From NCBI GenBank assembly GCA_002633005.1, contig NMRA01000896.1, positions 1-64,000 of the forward strand: a stretch of DNA of 64,000 nucleotides. The letters run 5' to 3'. This document shows positions 1 to 15,000 of this stretch, in pieces. Each line of letters opens with the position of its first letter. The stretch's first letter is position 1. The notes under the pieces were generated by a model that saw nothing but the letters and a program-made list of their open reading frames with translations, was not told the DNA's origin and searched no databases. The DNA is from Phoronis australis. Taxonomy: Eukaryota; Animalia; Phoronida. The position numbers were made by a program, and so were the translations under genes.

Positions 1-3000
1 ACCATTGTAACCACAATGCAACATTCTGACCCATTTCCAATATGGCGGCGTTGCAACTCCGCTATTGGTGTGGTTCTCTGCTTACAAACCGTAGTCCTCA
101 GGGTTCATGCCTAGGTATGTTCATGCGCCTAACCCCTTTTTGTACAAACAGGATTTTCCTCTCAAGAACCTACGGTAAAAGTTCTCATTTGGGACAGGGA
201 AAAATAATTATTTTGATCAAGGCTGGAGCTTGTACCAAATTTTAGAAATAGTCAATAGTGGCTATCTAAATTCAAGAATAATTATTAACGACTAAGGATC
301 GTTCACCCCATGTCACAATCTTCAAAATAAGAAAATTCAAATTTGGCTTGAATTTCAGATACTGTCCCAAACTGGAGAATTTTTACCAATCGTCTTTGGA
401 AACCTTTCACACCAATATCAACTCCTTGATATTTTTTGGGGAGTATTGGTGAAAAATTTACCTTGTCTTGGACTGAAGTTGAGCAAATTTACTTCTGTGT
501 ACGGTGATAAATGGTGCTTAGACTATAAAGCAATTCTGTTGTTCAATGCCGGTGGCATAAAAGTGGGATTTCTGTTAAGTTGAAATTAGATTTGTCAACA
601 AAATAAAATCTTAAATCAACAGCAATTCATTATTTGCTTGGTTCGTGTTGTTTCGCTGCGATCTAACAACTTGTAGTGAGTTTTCGAATTCTGACCGCAG
701 TGCAGAGAGTTACTCCAAGGTGCCCCTTTGTTTATGGATATGTATGACTAATCTGCACCTATTTAGCACGCAGTATGGTGGCAAATAAAAGTTTAATTTT
801 TGAAATTCCTCAATAAAAATAAAGATTAAGAAAATTCTATCCTGTTACAGTGTTGACCGTGTGCATAAAGCAATGTTCCTAGGAGCAAGGTAGACAAATT
901 TTGAAAAACAGAAAATGACAAGTTTTTCAATTATTTTTTAGCGAAATAAGTGAAGAATTGGTGTGTACACACAAGGTGTGGTCAAAGTGTGGATACATGT
1001 CAATATACACACCTGTATATAGTATGCTATCAATGATGTGTGTCACTGATTTGGATATGTTGTTAGGGCTGTGTAAAAATAAAAAATAAAGTTATGATGT
1101 TAATTATGGGATGTATTGGTGGATAGGGCATTATACCCATCAACAAGACATACCGGTAAGTCAAAATTAGATCATAGGGCAAATAGTGGTTTGAAAAGGA
1201 ATCATGGTTTGAAAAGCACTCTCAAACATGAAGTTGCGCTTTGCATTTGTAGTATTCGGAATTCATTTATCTTATCAATTTTAGTAAGTTGTTGTCAGAG
1301 ATTTTGGTATCGGGTGTCAAATCTTAATCAGATTGTAGTAGTTTCAGTTTTCAGTCATGTACTCCGTGTTTTATGCTTTAAGATGTACTAAGCTATCACT
1401 ATATGTTTTATATGTTACAATGTATAATAACTGGAGCCTCAATACAGCCGTACTCCATGGCACTGTCTACCTGTTTATCGCACCCAAGGTTGACCTTGCT
1501 CAAGTTAGTAACAGTCTTTCAGCTGTTACTATTCTGCATCAAATTTACCTTTGTAGTAAATTATACAGGTACCTTATTAATATTGTAAAGGTAGAGCATT
1601 CACTTTTCATGGTCAGTCATTAAGCTTGAGATTTACATAAACATTCGTTGATAATAACAGGTGATCCAGGATCACTTCAATGAAAGATGTTTGTTCACTT
1701 GCCAGGCTGTGGAACTTCGTATGTTTGTCAGTTGTTCAGGTGTTGAGCCAGACCAAACGCGGCAGGTCAGGGGGACAATGGAAGGGTTGCTTGCTTTCTA
1801 TCACCACACTGATGACACTCTGTGGATGTAACTTATTTTAGCACTGGGGTTCACATTGCATTGTTACACTTGCCGTTGGCATGAAACACATTTGTCCAAT
1901 GTTCATTCTTCCTAATCATTCATTAGTGTGGCATAACTTGAGTAATTGGGGATTGAACGGAATTAAACGGAAATCGTCTTTAGTCTGCCGTCTTGCTCGT
2001 CTTGCTCCGTTGTTTCTCAATCGGTACAGCCAAATAGGTGGAACAGTGATTTTGAAAAGGCGATGGTCTTCTCGTTAAGAAATTAATAAAATCTTGGCTA
2101 ATTTTTTAATAATTAACTATTATTCCCATCGGATTTCCTTCCATTATAGACTAGTGAAGTCCGGTGTACACTTCCAGCACAATTGTTCCTTTAATTGTTA
2201 AGTCAGGGTCAGAAAATGTAAGGTCATTTTATTAGAAACAGCAGTAGACTTCGTTACACCTTACCATGAGAGCTTCACTGTTAGCTGACAGCAGTAATAA
2301 GATGCACTTTCAACTACAAAACCATGCACATGGCTGTATGTTTGATGACATCATATTGTCATTTACGCTCTTATTTCGGTCCATGCACCTATATCCCAAA
2401 CAGTGCATTACTAAACTTGTCTCATGGGCACAGGGCCCTAAACCTGGCATATGAGCTTGTCTTACACTGAGTGTTTTTGTTGGTTCTTGTCACCTTCAAT
2501 CCAAATGGCTACAAACCCACCTTCCATCACCAAAACCAACTTTTGATTTCGAGCAATTACCATTATGAAATTGGTCTCAAAATGTTTCTTAGTTAAGCTG
2601 AAGGATGGTTTAGCAGCTTGCAAATACTGACAACTGTTTTTGTTGAGCTCAGGCTATGCAGGCTGGCTTGTCACGACGTGTCATTTTATGTGCCGAGCAC
2701 ATGGTCTCATCGAATAATGACCTGTTACACCTCTGCAAGCCCAGAAATCACGTCTCATCTGAGTAGTGAACACGTTGAGACCAATTTTGTTGCAGTACAA
2801 TGCCTAAGTCAAAAAGTTTGATTCTTTAATAGTTTGCCTAAATTGATTAGACATTAATGTTCACTATTCCATGGATAAGTCAAGCTTCACTCACATATTT
2901 ATAGAAATTTGCTCATCCGTTTTCCGTAAGTGTTTCACTTAAAGGCGCATGTTTTTATATGTATGCGTGTATGGTTAGCGTTAAAATGTTCTGTGCATGT

Positions 3001-3054
3001 TGCAGCCTTTCAGTATTGGTTCTGCCTAACGCTATACGTCTTCTTTTGATCCAG

Positions 3055-6000
3055 GGCTCAGAGAGTGCCGACCCTTGGGAGAACCCTGAGTTTGAGGTGT
3101 ATCACATAACAGACAGATATGGCTTCTTACAGTAAGTTCAAAGTCGGGGAATAAAGATGAGAGAGTGGTGAAACAAACGACTGTTGGATGTAAAGTGTAA
3201 TTCAATTGTTACAGGAAGTAAATGTTAAGAAGAAAAATGCAAAGTTGTTTTTGATATCTCATTTTCATGTTATAATTAGCTCGAGCTAGATTTATTTTTT
3301 GGTGCATTTCACGGTATTTTGTCGTGTACACGTAATTTTAAAATCTGATCACATTTCTTTTTGGCCAAAATATGAGTTGGAACTTTAATATCAGCGCATT
3401 GGTAACGACTTATTGATTGATTTATTTTCTATAAACCATTCTCAAGACAAAAGTTCATAAAATTCCAATCAGGTCACACAGGTGGAGAACAGACTATACA
3501 GGTACATGTCACAATGCATTGTGATTGGAGAGACCAGAAATCAAAACAGTTGGAGCTCAAATGAAACGATGTTTGTATTGAGATAACGCTCAGCTTGAGA
3601 ATGGTTTATAGACAATAAACTGAAACGTCAATGAATATGTCGTTGTTTAAATATGCGCTGATTTTAAAATTACTATTTTAGAAGCTGCTGTATAATGATA
3701 AAGATGACTTTTATAGAGATAAAAGATCAAATTTTATTAAATCATATCAGTTCATTCGATATATTATGCTTTTAGGGATTTTTTTGTCATATTTGTGCAA
3801 AAAGTTTGCATTGTAACATTTTGTTTTCTTAAGTTATTTGAAATATCAGTCGACTTTAAAAAACAATTAACAAAGTAACTTGTGTTTGTTTAAGTAATTG
3901 AATGACAAGGAAATGCAAAGAAAGTAATAAATTAGTTTTTATAATTAGTCAGAATGATTAGCTTTTGTCGCATTTGGAACCAGTTTTAGAAAAAGTACAT
4001 CTGCAAATTTTGTTCAATATTCATTTTCTCCTACCTTTTCCAGAAGTTGTTAAATGTCATTTTACTTGTTGTCAAAATCTGTCAACATGTAGTAATTAAA
4101 GCAAAATAAAATCTATTGTTTTCGCTGCAAAACATAAAAAAGAGACAAGTGCAGATGGTCTGATGTCGTTTGCGGGGCATCAGAGGTGTGCAGGCCTCAT
4201 GGTTGGTCTCATTGCACTAAACACTTGAGCTAAAAACACGAGAACTCGGAGAACTCCGTTATAGATCAATAGGTTATCTATGAGAGAAGTTTGCAAGTCT
4301 GCCAGCCTCCTTTAAGAATACGGACAGATTTCTCCATTTGTTGCTGTGCACTCTATGTTGTAGGCATGTAACAGTGCCATCCAGTAGGTTTAACCTTGGC
4401 CTGTTAAAAGCTGGGCAAGATACTACCAGGTGTTTAGGGGTTTCAACACCAGTACCTTACTCGGGACACACTGGGCTCCCCATATGCCCAGTGATATGTC
4501 TATGTCGTGCTAGGTTAACGTTGCCCGTCAAAATTTGTATGACGTGTTACATGCCCAATCTATCAAGACTGACAAGGTTTTTGGAACCTTTTGGTTTGAT
4601 CATGTTGGGAAAATTCTCCATGGTTTCTCTGGAGGAGTTAAGCAATGCCCACTGGGCTGGCTATGTATCCTGCTGCATCCGTAGTATATTGGGATAACAG
4701 GTACACTGCAAAACATTGCGGACATGACAAAATGGTTACGACAAGGAAGTCAACAGCACTGCAATCCATTCTTTTGCAACTAATAATCCAAGTCAATCTA
4801 AGGGGTCAGCAAGTGCAAATCCAAGTCAATCTAGGGGTCATCAAGTGCAAACTTGGATTATGTGCTCATCTGAAATCCAAGTGAGCTCGTGCATATAATT
4901 AAAATGCATATATCTTTGAGTTCTTAGAACTAAAGCAGAACGGAGAAATCCAATCGGAAGCTATTAAGTTGGAATTGGACGATGAGTTTGAAGATTACAA
5001 GATTGGATTTTGGTCCCAAAAACTGAAAATCGCCCTTGCAAAAACAGGATATAAAAGTACACAAAATAAGCTTTGAGTTCGAATGGACTGCTAGATGTCT
5101 GTTAGAATTGTTAAGTATATAAATGCTAAAAATTGTTTAATAAACTAAATCTCGGTGCAGAATTAGCAGTTTTTAGTAACTGTTACTTTAGTTACCATTT
5201 GATTTAACACCAGTAAGAAATTTCAAAAAAAATCTTTATTTTTTGTGGTTGTACACGATTGTTACTAAGTAAAGGAAGTTACCAAGCACCATTTTTCATC
5301 GATTTGATTTTAAACTGAGACTAATATTTTCATAGTGGTATTTGTTTTTCTTTGATGACCTAAAATGATACATAGACGAAATGTCACCTCCGCAACGGTC
5401 GTGTTTGCAAAACAGCTGTTGCTCTTATAATAGAACCATTCATAGGTTTGAGTGCTCAGGGGAAAATATTTTGTTTACCTCGGTGGTGATAAAAATTACC
5501 AAAAGTTGACTTGATGAGCAGGGAGAACAGACTCTTTAGTCTGATGTCAAAAGTCCTGACCACCATGATATTTTGCCCTGTTTAGCTGGCTATAAACAAA
5601 AAGTGGATTAGGCCTTAAATTCTCATAAAATCAGTCTCGTGATATTCCTTACCATGTTAGGATTTCATTTCCATTACCAAACTCAAGTCACGGACAATTC
5701 GATGTCGCTGCGAGAATTGGAAATGAAATTCTGTCTCGGTAAGACAGATTTTATGAGAGTAAAAAGTCTAGTTTGATTTTTTTGTTTTTAGCTAAACAAA
5801 GGTAATGCATCTTCACTCATTCTCTACTTCTTTGTGTTAATGTAAACCTGTGTCAGTAATTTGTTACTTTTTCACATCGCAGCTTGTTTTATATTTCAGC
5901 GATAAAGAATTGCCATCCAGGACTGCAGCGGAGGCAAAGGTACGCGCGTACTGAACTTGTAGTAAAATATCTTCAGTCTGGGACACAATATGGCGGACAA

Positions 6001-9000
6001 GTGAAATTTTATTTTGTCAAATTTCTCAACAAAAACAACTGGAGAATGAACGTACTTTGCATTTAGGATTGTTGGTATGAGGTAGCTATTACCAAACAGT
6101 AAAATTTTGATCATTTGCAAAAATGTGGTAAGCCTCTGAAAAATAGAAATATGCCAAGTTTTGCAATTATTTTTGTCCCAAATTTAAGATTTTTTACAGT
6201 ATGTTGTGTTTTCTTTGTGTGAGTACACAGTATTTTTCTGAACAGTGTTATAGAGAGATTATGTGAGAGACCAAGGAAGCATTTTGAGGCTTGCTATGTC
6301 CACATAAATGAGGAAGGGATCACATGATGAAGAATTTGGTATTAACAGGCAGCATTCTACATAAAGTGTTGAAAGAACATAAAAGCATTTTTTTGCTTGA
6401 TGCTAATTTCTTTTATTCATAGACATTTTGAATTAGCCATTTTCTTGTGAGTCATTATATTATACCACCGCGCATCAGTGGCAATTTTGTGATAGGATGG
6501 TCATTAAAATATATGTAAGAAAGCACTGAGAAATCTCTTTGCATTAAACCTCTGTGCAAGAGTGCAGATCACTGTCCACCAACTAGTCTAGCGCCATCTT
6601 TGGACAAGATGTGCTTTGTTATATTGCTTTTGTATTGCCAACTGGCTTTATTTGGGATGTGAGTGTTTAAAAGGAAATGTCGTATTTAGTAAAATTGTAT
6701 GGCCAAAAATGTAGAAAAAAATGCGAAGAGATCTGGTCAGTCTCGCCAAGTTTGGTTGTTGTAGGGCGTATAAAGTAGCAAGTGTTCTTATTTGGGCGAG
6801 ATTATGGTATTTTAATTTGAATATGGTTGCTTATTTAGGACGATATGGTTGCTTATATAGGACGATATGGTTGCTTATTTAGGACGATATGGTTGCTTAT
6901 TTAGGACGATATGGTTGCTTATTTAGGACGATATGGTTGCTTATTTTAGGATAATATGGTTGCTTATTTAGGATAATTTGATTGTTTCTTTATGATAATA
7001 TAGTTGCTTCTTTAGGATAATACAGCTGCTTATTTAGGCTAATCCGGTTGCTTATCTAGGATAATACAGTTGCTTATCTAGGATAATACGGTTGCTTATT
7101 TAGGATAATATGGTAGCTTATTTAGGATAATATGGTTGCTTATTTAGAATAATATGTCATTTATTGTTTGTATTTTGTTACACTGTGTTGTGGTTGTGAT
7201 TTAGTTTTGTTCTCTTTTTCTTGTAGCAACTCCAAGTGGAGATAGACCGGACGCAGAAATGGGTGAAGATGACGAAGAAATGGGACAAGTACTTCCCCAG
7301 CGAGAAGTTGTCCCTACGTGTGTACAAAGGGATACCCAACTCAATGAGGGGGCAGGTCTGGCATAAACTACTGAAAATTGATGACATGAAGGCGAAACAG
7401 AAAGGAGTTTTTAAGGTGAGGTGACTGAGGTTAGGGGCTGTGTTGTGATGTTTTTTGGCCGTTGGTTGGAGAGGTGGATAGCTGTCTGCAGTCAGTATAA
7501 ACTGTTGTTGGTGGCTTGATTCATAGCTACTGAGAGTCGTGGACCTTCAAATGATGAAGGGCTGAACTAATAACATGTAGTAGTATAGGAGTGAGCCGGA
7601 ACACAAGTCACTTTGGATACATGACAGTGTGTATTGATGCAGCACATTCATACCTGTCCATGGAACTTACTGATGCTGTAAGACCCAGGTACTGATTATA
7701 AAGGCATGTATCATGTACTCGCATCAATCACAGTAGAGACTGCTCAGACTAGGCTTAGTTACAAGTGACTTGAGTGCTCACACGAATGTCTAATGCACAT
7801 TGACTAGCAAGTTAAAACGTAAAAAGGACCACTGCAGTGTGGTGCATTATGGCCTCTTACAGCTACAGTTGTTGTGATGATCCTGTTTCATTCCGTTACT
7901 GATAATCACTTTCATTGAGAAGGTATTTGCTGTTAGTTGACAAAAAAATTAAGTTTTTACCACATTGTAGTGTTTAAAAAGGTATCATCACCAGGAAATT
8001 ATCTGAAAGTGATAAAACATGTGGAGCACAATTTCTATGTTGTTGCTACAAGATGGTTTCTTGAAGTTGAAAGAATCTTTAGGCAGCTCACTATCGCCAT
8101 CAGTTGGTACCTGGATTAAGAAGTGACTGACTGTTCCTACTCACACACCTCACTATCGCCATCTCTTGGTACCTGAATAAAGAAGTGATTGATTGCCCAC
8201 TAACACAGCTCACTATCGCCATCTGTTGGTACCTGGATTAAGAAGTGACTGACTGTTCCTACTCGTACACCTCACTATCGCCATCTCTTGGTACCTGAAT
8301 AAAGAAGTGATTGATTGCCCACTAACACAGCTCACTATTGCCATTTGTTGGTACTTGGACAAAGAAGTGATTGTCTACTAACACAGCTCGTTATCGCCAT
8401 CTGTTGGCACCGGTATAAAAAGTGATTGACTGTTTCACACTGCTCGCTATTGCCACCTGTTGGTACATTGGCAAACAAGTGATTGACTGTGCCCACTCGC
8501 ACAGGCCCACTTAATTCTGCACCTCCTAAGGATATCTATTGCAATTCTTGTAACCCTGTTTTCTCTTCCTTTTAGAAAATGAAGGACCGTGCGCGGCGGA
8601 CATCTCCCGACATTCGACAGATTGATTTGGATGTGAACAGGACGTATAGGAATCACATTATGTTTCGTGAACGATACGGCGTAAAGTAAGCGTGCACTAT
8701 TTTGACAATATGGCTGAAAGTAACGCTAGAAAAATTCTAAAGTCACACTTTTTGCACACATCTCTATACCAATTGTGACAGGAAAGCAATATGTCACAAT
8801 ATCAAAAGCTGTAGGCTACGATCCTTTATGCCCCCCGGACTGATCTGTTTTTAAAGTTAGTGAGGTTTGACTAAGCGTTATCTTATCGGCGGTAATGAAC
8901 TTGAGCCTAACTTACAAACTCTTTAAACCTTGAATTTAGAGAAAATAACCTTCATAATGTATTTCAGTCAGAAAAATTAACACAGTTTGGCCTTGGGTTT

Positions 9001-12000
9001 TAAAAATCGGTGAAGTTTTTACTGAAATCGCACAGCATCTGAAAGAATTGACTTTTTGCTTGCTGGTTTCATTTCCACTTCGTTAGTAAAGTATCTCTAC
9101 ATACAATAGACAGACCCCTTAATAGGCAATGCAAACATGTCTGGTTTTTTCATAAGGCCTTGAGGGTAATGGGCTGTATGAATCTTGTAATGAGCATCTA
9201 CATGCTTGCTGCTTTGACGATCTGGCATAAAATCAGCCTCTGCGCACAGCCTGTTTCAACGTTATGACTTAAAGTAAACACCCGCATGCACGCTAGTTTG
9301 ACGATACGGTGTGGTCTTTTCATGTTATTGCCTACTGTGATGGTGATAGGTTACGGTGCTGTGTTACAGGCAACAAGACCTGTTCCACGTGTTGGCAGCC
9401 TACTCTATGTATAACACAGAGGTGGGCTACTGTCAAGGCATGAGCCAAATAGCTGCATTACTACTTATGTATATGAACGAAGAGGTGAGTGAGAGTCATG
9501 CGTACCTTAAGGTATGTAGATGAGAGCACCGTCATGTGCACAACACAACATGGTAATCCAGTGCTAGTGCTGTGTATGTGTAATAATAAACAAGATAATA
9601 TACACCAGGGGACCATTCTGTGAAGCTGGCTTGAGTTCAGTTTTTGGTCTTAAATCTTCTTTGTAATTCTTGACCAATGAGCGATCTTTGCTGAGATTGA
9701 CTTAAATAAATTAACTCTCACCATGTCTTAGGCCTATCTTAAGTTATTATGATGGCTGCCATTTAAAGGTGCATTTCGTACCCACTGCCCATATTTTTCA
9801 TTTATTTCTCCAACCCATGACCCATAATTTTTAAATTAATTTTTAACATATTGCACTCTGTTCACTGGCAATATGGGCTTTTTTGTATTGGGATAAGTTA
9901 GGACATATGCTAATCGCATTTTTTTGAGTTTTGACATATGCCAATTGCACTTTTTTGAGTTTTGAGGGCTGAAGTAAGCAACCTGTCAACATTAACAGGT
10001 CAAAAAATACCACCCATTTTTAATGCATCACTTTTTACAGGAACGACCACCCATAATGTTCATTGAAATTATAGACACATGGTGAACAGAGACACCTGGT
10101 GGCTGCCAAAATTATTGCTCACAGGCTACTTTAGTTTTTGACAATATTGGACAAGACAACTAGTTCTTGTCTGTCAATCATCTAAGTTCTTAACAGGTCC
10201 TCCTGGAGGCAATTTGTTTGCAAGTGTTAGATTTTATATTTTAACCTATTAAAAATAATTAAAAAATTATGGGTCATGGGTTGGAAAAATAAATGAAAAA
10301 TATGGGCGGTGGGTACAAAATAAAAGTGCCTTCCCCCTCCCATACAGATTTTACGTTTTACCTTGAGTGGACTTATTTAAGTTCGAGATTTGTCTCAGCT
10401 AAATCAGTTTGCTTGAAAGTACTCGAGTCCTATGTGGAAGGACTTGTGCGTAACTAAGAATAATGCAGATTATATATCTATAAACAGGTAACATTCGGAC
10501 GAATTCCTTAATTTTGAACACTGATACACAATCCAGTTGTGGGCTATCGTTGTGAAGGGCTGTGTAGCAGGATTTATTGTTGGTGTTCTGACTATACTGT
10601 AAAAATTATTTCTTGTTTTTTTTGAAAACTTAACATACTAGAAAACCATGTCCTTCTCCATCCTTACAGGATGCATTCTGGGGCCTTTCTTCACTCTTGA
10701 CGTCTGAGAGGCACATGATGCATGGTGAGCATACGTTAACTTGGCCTCATTTTGGAATTGTCGTCTGCTTTGGTGAAGTGAGGTGTAAAATGTGCCGTTC
10801 ATCAACGATATTGAATATGTTGTGGAATTAACTGTTTAAAATTCCAGTTCTTAATCATGTGAACATTTATTTTTTCATCTTTTTGACAAGAGATTGAAAC
10901 GTGTTCTGCCGGTTACACTGTGCAATCTTACTTGAATAAGAAATTGAGCAACCTGTTTCTGCTCACAGCAAGATTTTGGTCTACCTTACTCTGTGACAAT
11001 ATTGTTGCTAGTTATTTGATAGAAACTGAGTGGCAAATAGTGCTAAGTTACAGATTTTTTCCTTCATTTCAGGTTTATTTATTCCTGGCTTTCCGAAGCT
11101 TTTACGTTTTCAGGACNGTGGGCTATCGTTGTGAAGGGCTGTGTAGCAGGATTTATTGTTGGTGTTCTGACTATACTGTAAAAATTATTTCTTTTTGTTT
11201 TATACTTGAAAACCATGTCCTTCTCCATCCTTACAGGATGCATTCTGGGGCCTTTCTTCACTCTTGACGTCTGAGAGGCACATGATGCATGGTGAGCATA
11301 CGTTAACTTGGCCTCAGTTTGGAATTGTCATCTGCTTTGGTGAAGTGAGGTGTAAAATGTGCCGTTCATCAACGATATTGAATATGTTGTGGAATTAACT
11401 GTTTAAAATTCCAGTTCTTAATCATGTGAACATTTATTTTTTCATCTTTTTGACAAGAGATTGAAACGTGTTCTGCTGGTTACACTGTGCAATCTTACTT
11501 GAATAAGAAATTGAGCAACCTGTTTCTGCTCACAGCAAGATTTTGGTCTACCTTACTCTGTGACAAGATTGTTGCTAGTTATTTGATAGAAACTGAGTGG
11601 CAAATGGTGCTAAGTTACAGATTTTTTCCTTCATTTCAGGTTTATTTATTCCTGGCTTTCCGAAGCTTTTACGTTTTCAGGACCACCATGAGAAGATCAT
11701 GAAAAAATTTATTCCAAAAGTTAAAAAGCATTTGGTGAGTTGTCACTCCACTAATCCCAATGAAAGTTCTTGTCAGTTAAAGTTATATCGAGAGCAGCTT
11801 TGGTGTATCAGAAATTGGCTACTTCAAGGTAATGTAAAATAAAATAATAATGAAGCTGTATATTAACCAAAAAACAATGTTTATGAGCTCCACTTCGTCC
11901 ACTGTATAACCATAGGAAACATGAAGTGGTAAGCTGCCTTCTTTCATGACTGTCAGGAACACAAAATTTAGTTAAAACTCTTGACCTTCGCCAAACCCCT

Positions 12001-15000
12001 TGCAGTTTTTTGCAAAATTTGTTTTGATATAAACGGGTAGCCTACTTTTGGGAATCCAACTACCTCTGCCTCCTAGTGTCATTTGCATATTGCAAAAAAG
12101 CTGAACTAATTTTGAATCCTTTAATATTGCTGCCATTCCTTAACATGGTAGGTGCGATCCTAGCATGAAGTGTGAATAGGTATGGTGACACTGAATCATC
12201 CTGAAGACAACTTCGCCTTATAGGAAAATATTCAGAGATGATACCATGTTGAATCTCACTAAGATGAGCGTCGTTTTCCAACAAGTAGTCCCTCTGAATT
12301 AGACAGTGTGCAAAATTAAAAATGAGAAAATGTAAATAAAATTCCAGGACACAGAATCAAAAGCTTTTTCAAAGTCTACGAACAACACCAGCTGAGCTGA
12401 GTGTAATGCCTTAAAATATAAATGGTTTTGAATCTTCTTGTGTTACCGTCATGGTAGGCTTCAAACCATGGTATGTCAATTTTGATATGTCTTGTTTATT
12501 CATTTATTGAATGAATTTTTCTACGGACCATATCAAATGCAAACCACCCCAAACTCAAACCTCAACCACCAAACACGATATAACTTAAAATTATAAAAGT
12601 AGTATTGATTTGGAAGTGTTGTTTGTAACAAATTATTGGCATCTTGCAATTCAGCTTTCACTTTTAACATCTTGTGATTCAACTTTCACCTTTGACATCT
12701 CGTGATTCAACTTTCACCTTTGGCATATTGTGATTCAACTTTCACCTTTGACATCTTTTGATTCAACTTTCACCTTTGACATCTTTTGATTCAACTTTCA
12801 CCTTTGACATTTTATTAAACTTTCACCTTTGGCAGCTTGTGATTCAACTTTCTCCTTTGACTGCATGTGATTCCACTTTCAACTTATACATCTTGCTGAG
12901 CTCGATATAAGTGAGTAAACTCTTGAGAATGTGAATGTAAAAGGTAAAATACGAGTAGAGAATTTACCTCTCTTGTGCAAGCGCCGAGCCGACGTCTGGC
13001 ATGTTGTTTTTTTGGTCGCCACTTTATGAGCCCAAATCCTGGAATATGAGTTGCAAATATGCCATCACTCGTAGTTCCAAGCAGACAGTTTTGCCTGTGT
13101 TGAGTGCAGTCTTGGGCTCTCAAAATCCCATTGTGGTCATAATGCACATACTAAACAGCTCAAAATGTTTTTTTTTTGTCAGAAAGATAGTGAAATGAAT
13201 ATAAGTCACTCTTTGTATTTCGCTTCTTTGTTGCAGGATCGTCAGGGAATACCAACAACACTGTACAGTATCAAGTGGTTTATGCAATGCTTTTTAGACA
13301 GGGTGAGAATTTTTGTATTCAAGTACAGTATCAATGGTATAGCCCTAAAGTTAAACTTTGAAACATGATTTGGATTTGAAGGTGTGAAAGACAGCCATTT
13401 AAATCTACAGAAGAGCTGGCCAGTATTATTTGTTCAGTATGCTCTCTCTTGAACTCCTGTGATGCCCTCTTTTGTTTGCCAGGACAGATGTCTCCTGTCA
13501 CATTGGTAAATAACTGATTTAAGAAGGTCTTACATAGGACCACTACATACAACAGGGTAGAGTTTTAACAAATCTTTGTGTGCAGTATTTGTCTGTACAC
13601 TGTGAGTACACTGGGGAGTTTTTGCATATTCCCCAGCCTCTCAAACATTTGAATGCAGTACTAAATTATCTCACATCACTGGAAGACTTGTTGTACATTG
13701 ACATAAGTTAGTGAATGTATGACCATTTGCCTTGTTGTGAGATGGCGTATTGCTAGTGTGAACAGGTCTTTGATTATATGTGAGACCTTGTGTCATGTTT
13801 ATAGCTGGCGTAGTGCAAGTGTGAACAGGCCTTTAGTTATATGTGAGACCTTGTGTCATGTTTATAGCTGGCGTAGTGCAAGTGTGAACAGGCCTTAAGT
13901 TATATGTGAGACCTTGTGTCATGTTTATAGCTGGCGTATTGCAAGTGTGTGCAGCTCTTTGTGTTCTTAAATGATATGTTGTTTCTGCTGCAGGTGCCCT
14001 TCACTTTAACTCTCCGCCTCTGGGACATCTACATGTTGGACGGTGAAGCGGTGCTAACTGCCATGTCGTACAACATCCTCAAGATGTTCAAAAGTATGTA
14101 GACATGACATTGGATTGTTGGAGTGGTTCACTGGAGCTTGAGCAGTAATGGAGACAAACAGACAATTCTCGATTTCAAACATAATATGGCAAAAATGTGG
14201 ACTTACATGTGCATAGTTAAATTTCGTAATAAATTTTTTTTTTTGAAAAAGTTAAGCTTCATTGTTAGCATGGTATGTGGTGTAAAACAAAGGATTGTGG
14301 GAAATTGATTATCCCAAGCAACACTGCCAGTGTAATTTATATAGTCGATGTGTCATTGTAATATAACTTGTTTGGATGTGACTATCCTGAGTGTGGTTGT
14401 TTGTTTCAGATAAACTGGTGAGGATGGAGATGGAAAACGTCGTGCACTTCTTGCAGCAAACTCTTGAGGAGAACTTTGGGTATGCTGATGACATTGTCAT
14501 CAACGAGTTGAAACAGCGCATGATTGAGTTGCGCAAGGCAAAGATGGACCTTCCACCCAAGGGAGAAAACTACCAGAACGAACAACCGAAGCTGCCATTT
14601 GGCATCGAGATCCGGCCAAGCATTGATCACGTGTTGGGTCGACGAATAGCGCACGAGGATCAAGAGGCACTGATGAAGAGGGCGGAGCTGAATTTGGAAG
14701 ACGTACAGAAAGAACGTGAGCGTATCACACAGGACTCGGGGGTTGACTCACAGTCACAGTATGATGCTTACTCGCAGTATACGGCAGACTCAAGGGCTTC
14801 CTTCACGGGGGGTAACTCTCTTGCGTCTTTTGCTGCGACTTCAAGGACTTCGTTTGGCTATGAAACTTCGGATATCGATAGCACAATTATGTCGAATAGC
14901 CGGTATTTCGAACAGTATGCTAGCGATCAGAACATTAGCGGTGCCTTGTCTGGGGAGTTATCTACCCCTGTTGTGGAGAGTTACATTCCTCCGTCGGAGG

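Noticed and set aside
42-245. ORF MAALQLRYW... as the first exon of USP6NL
   Set aside because: It has no resemblance to the expected USP6NL N-terminus (ERxxIVxKY), and the candidate donor gives phase 1 whereas exon 3055 needs phase 0.
6820-7155. CRISPR-like appearance of short repeats here and at 12645, 27868 and 31730
   Set aside because: The repeats are head-to-tail without unique spacers, there are no cas genes, and the context is eukaryotic intronic or intergenic DNA.
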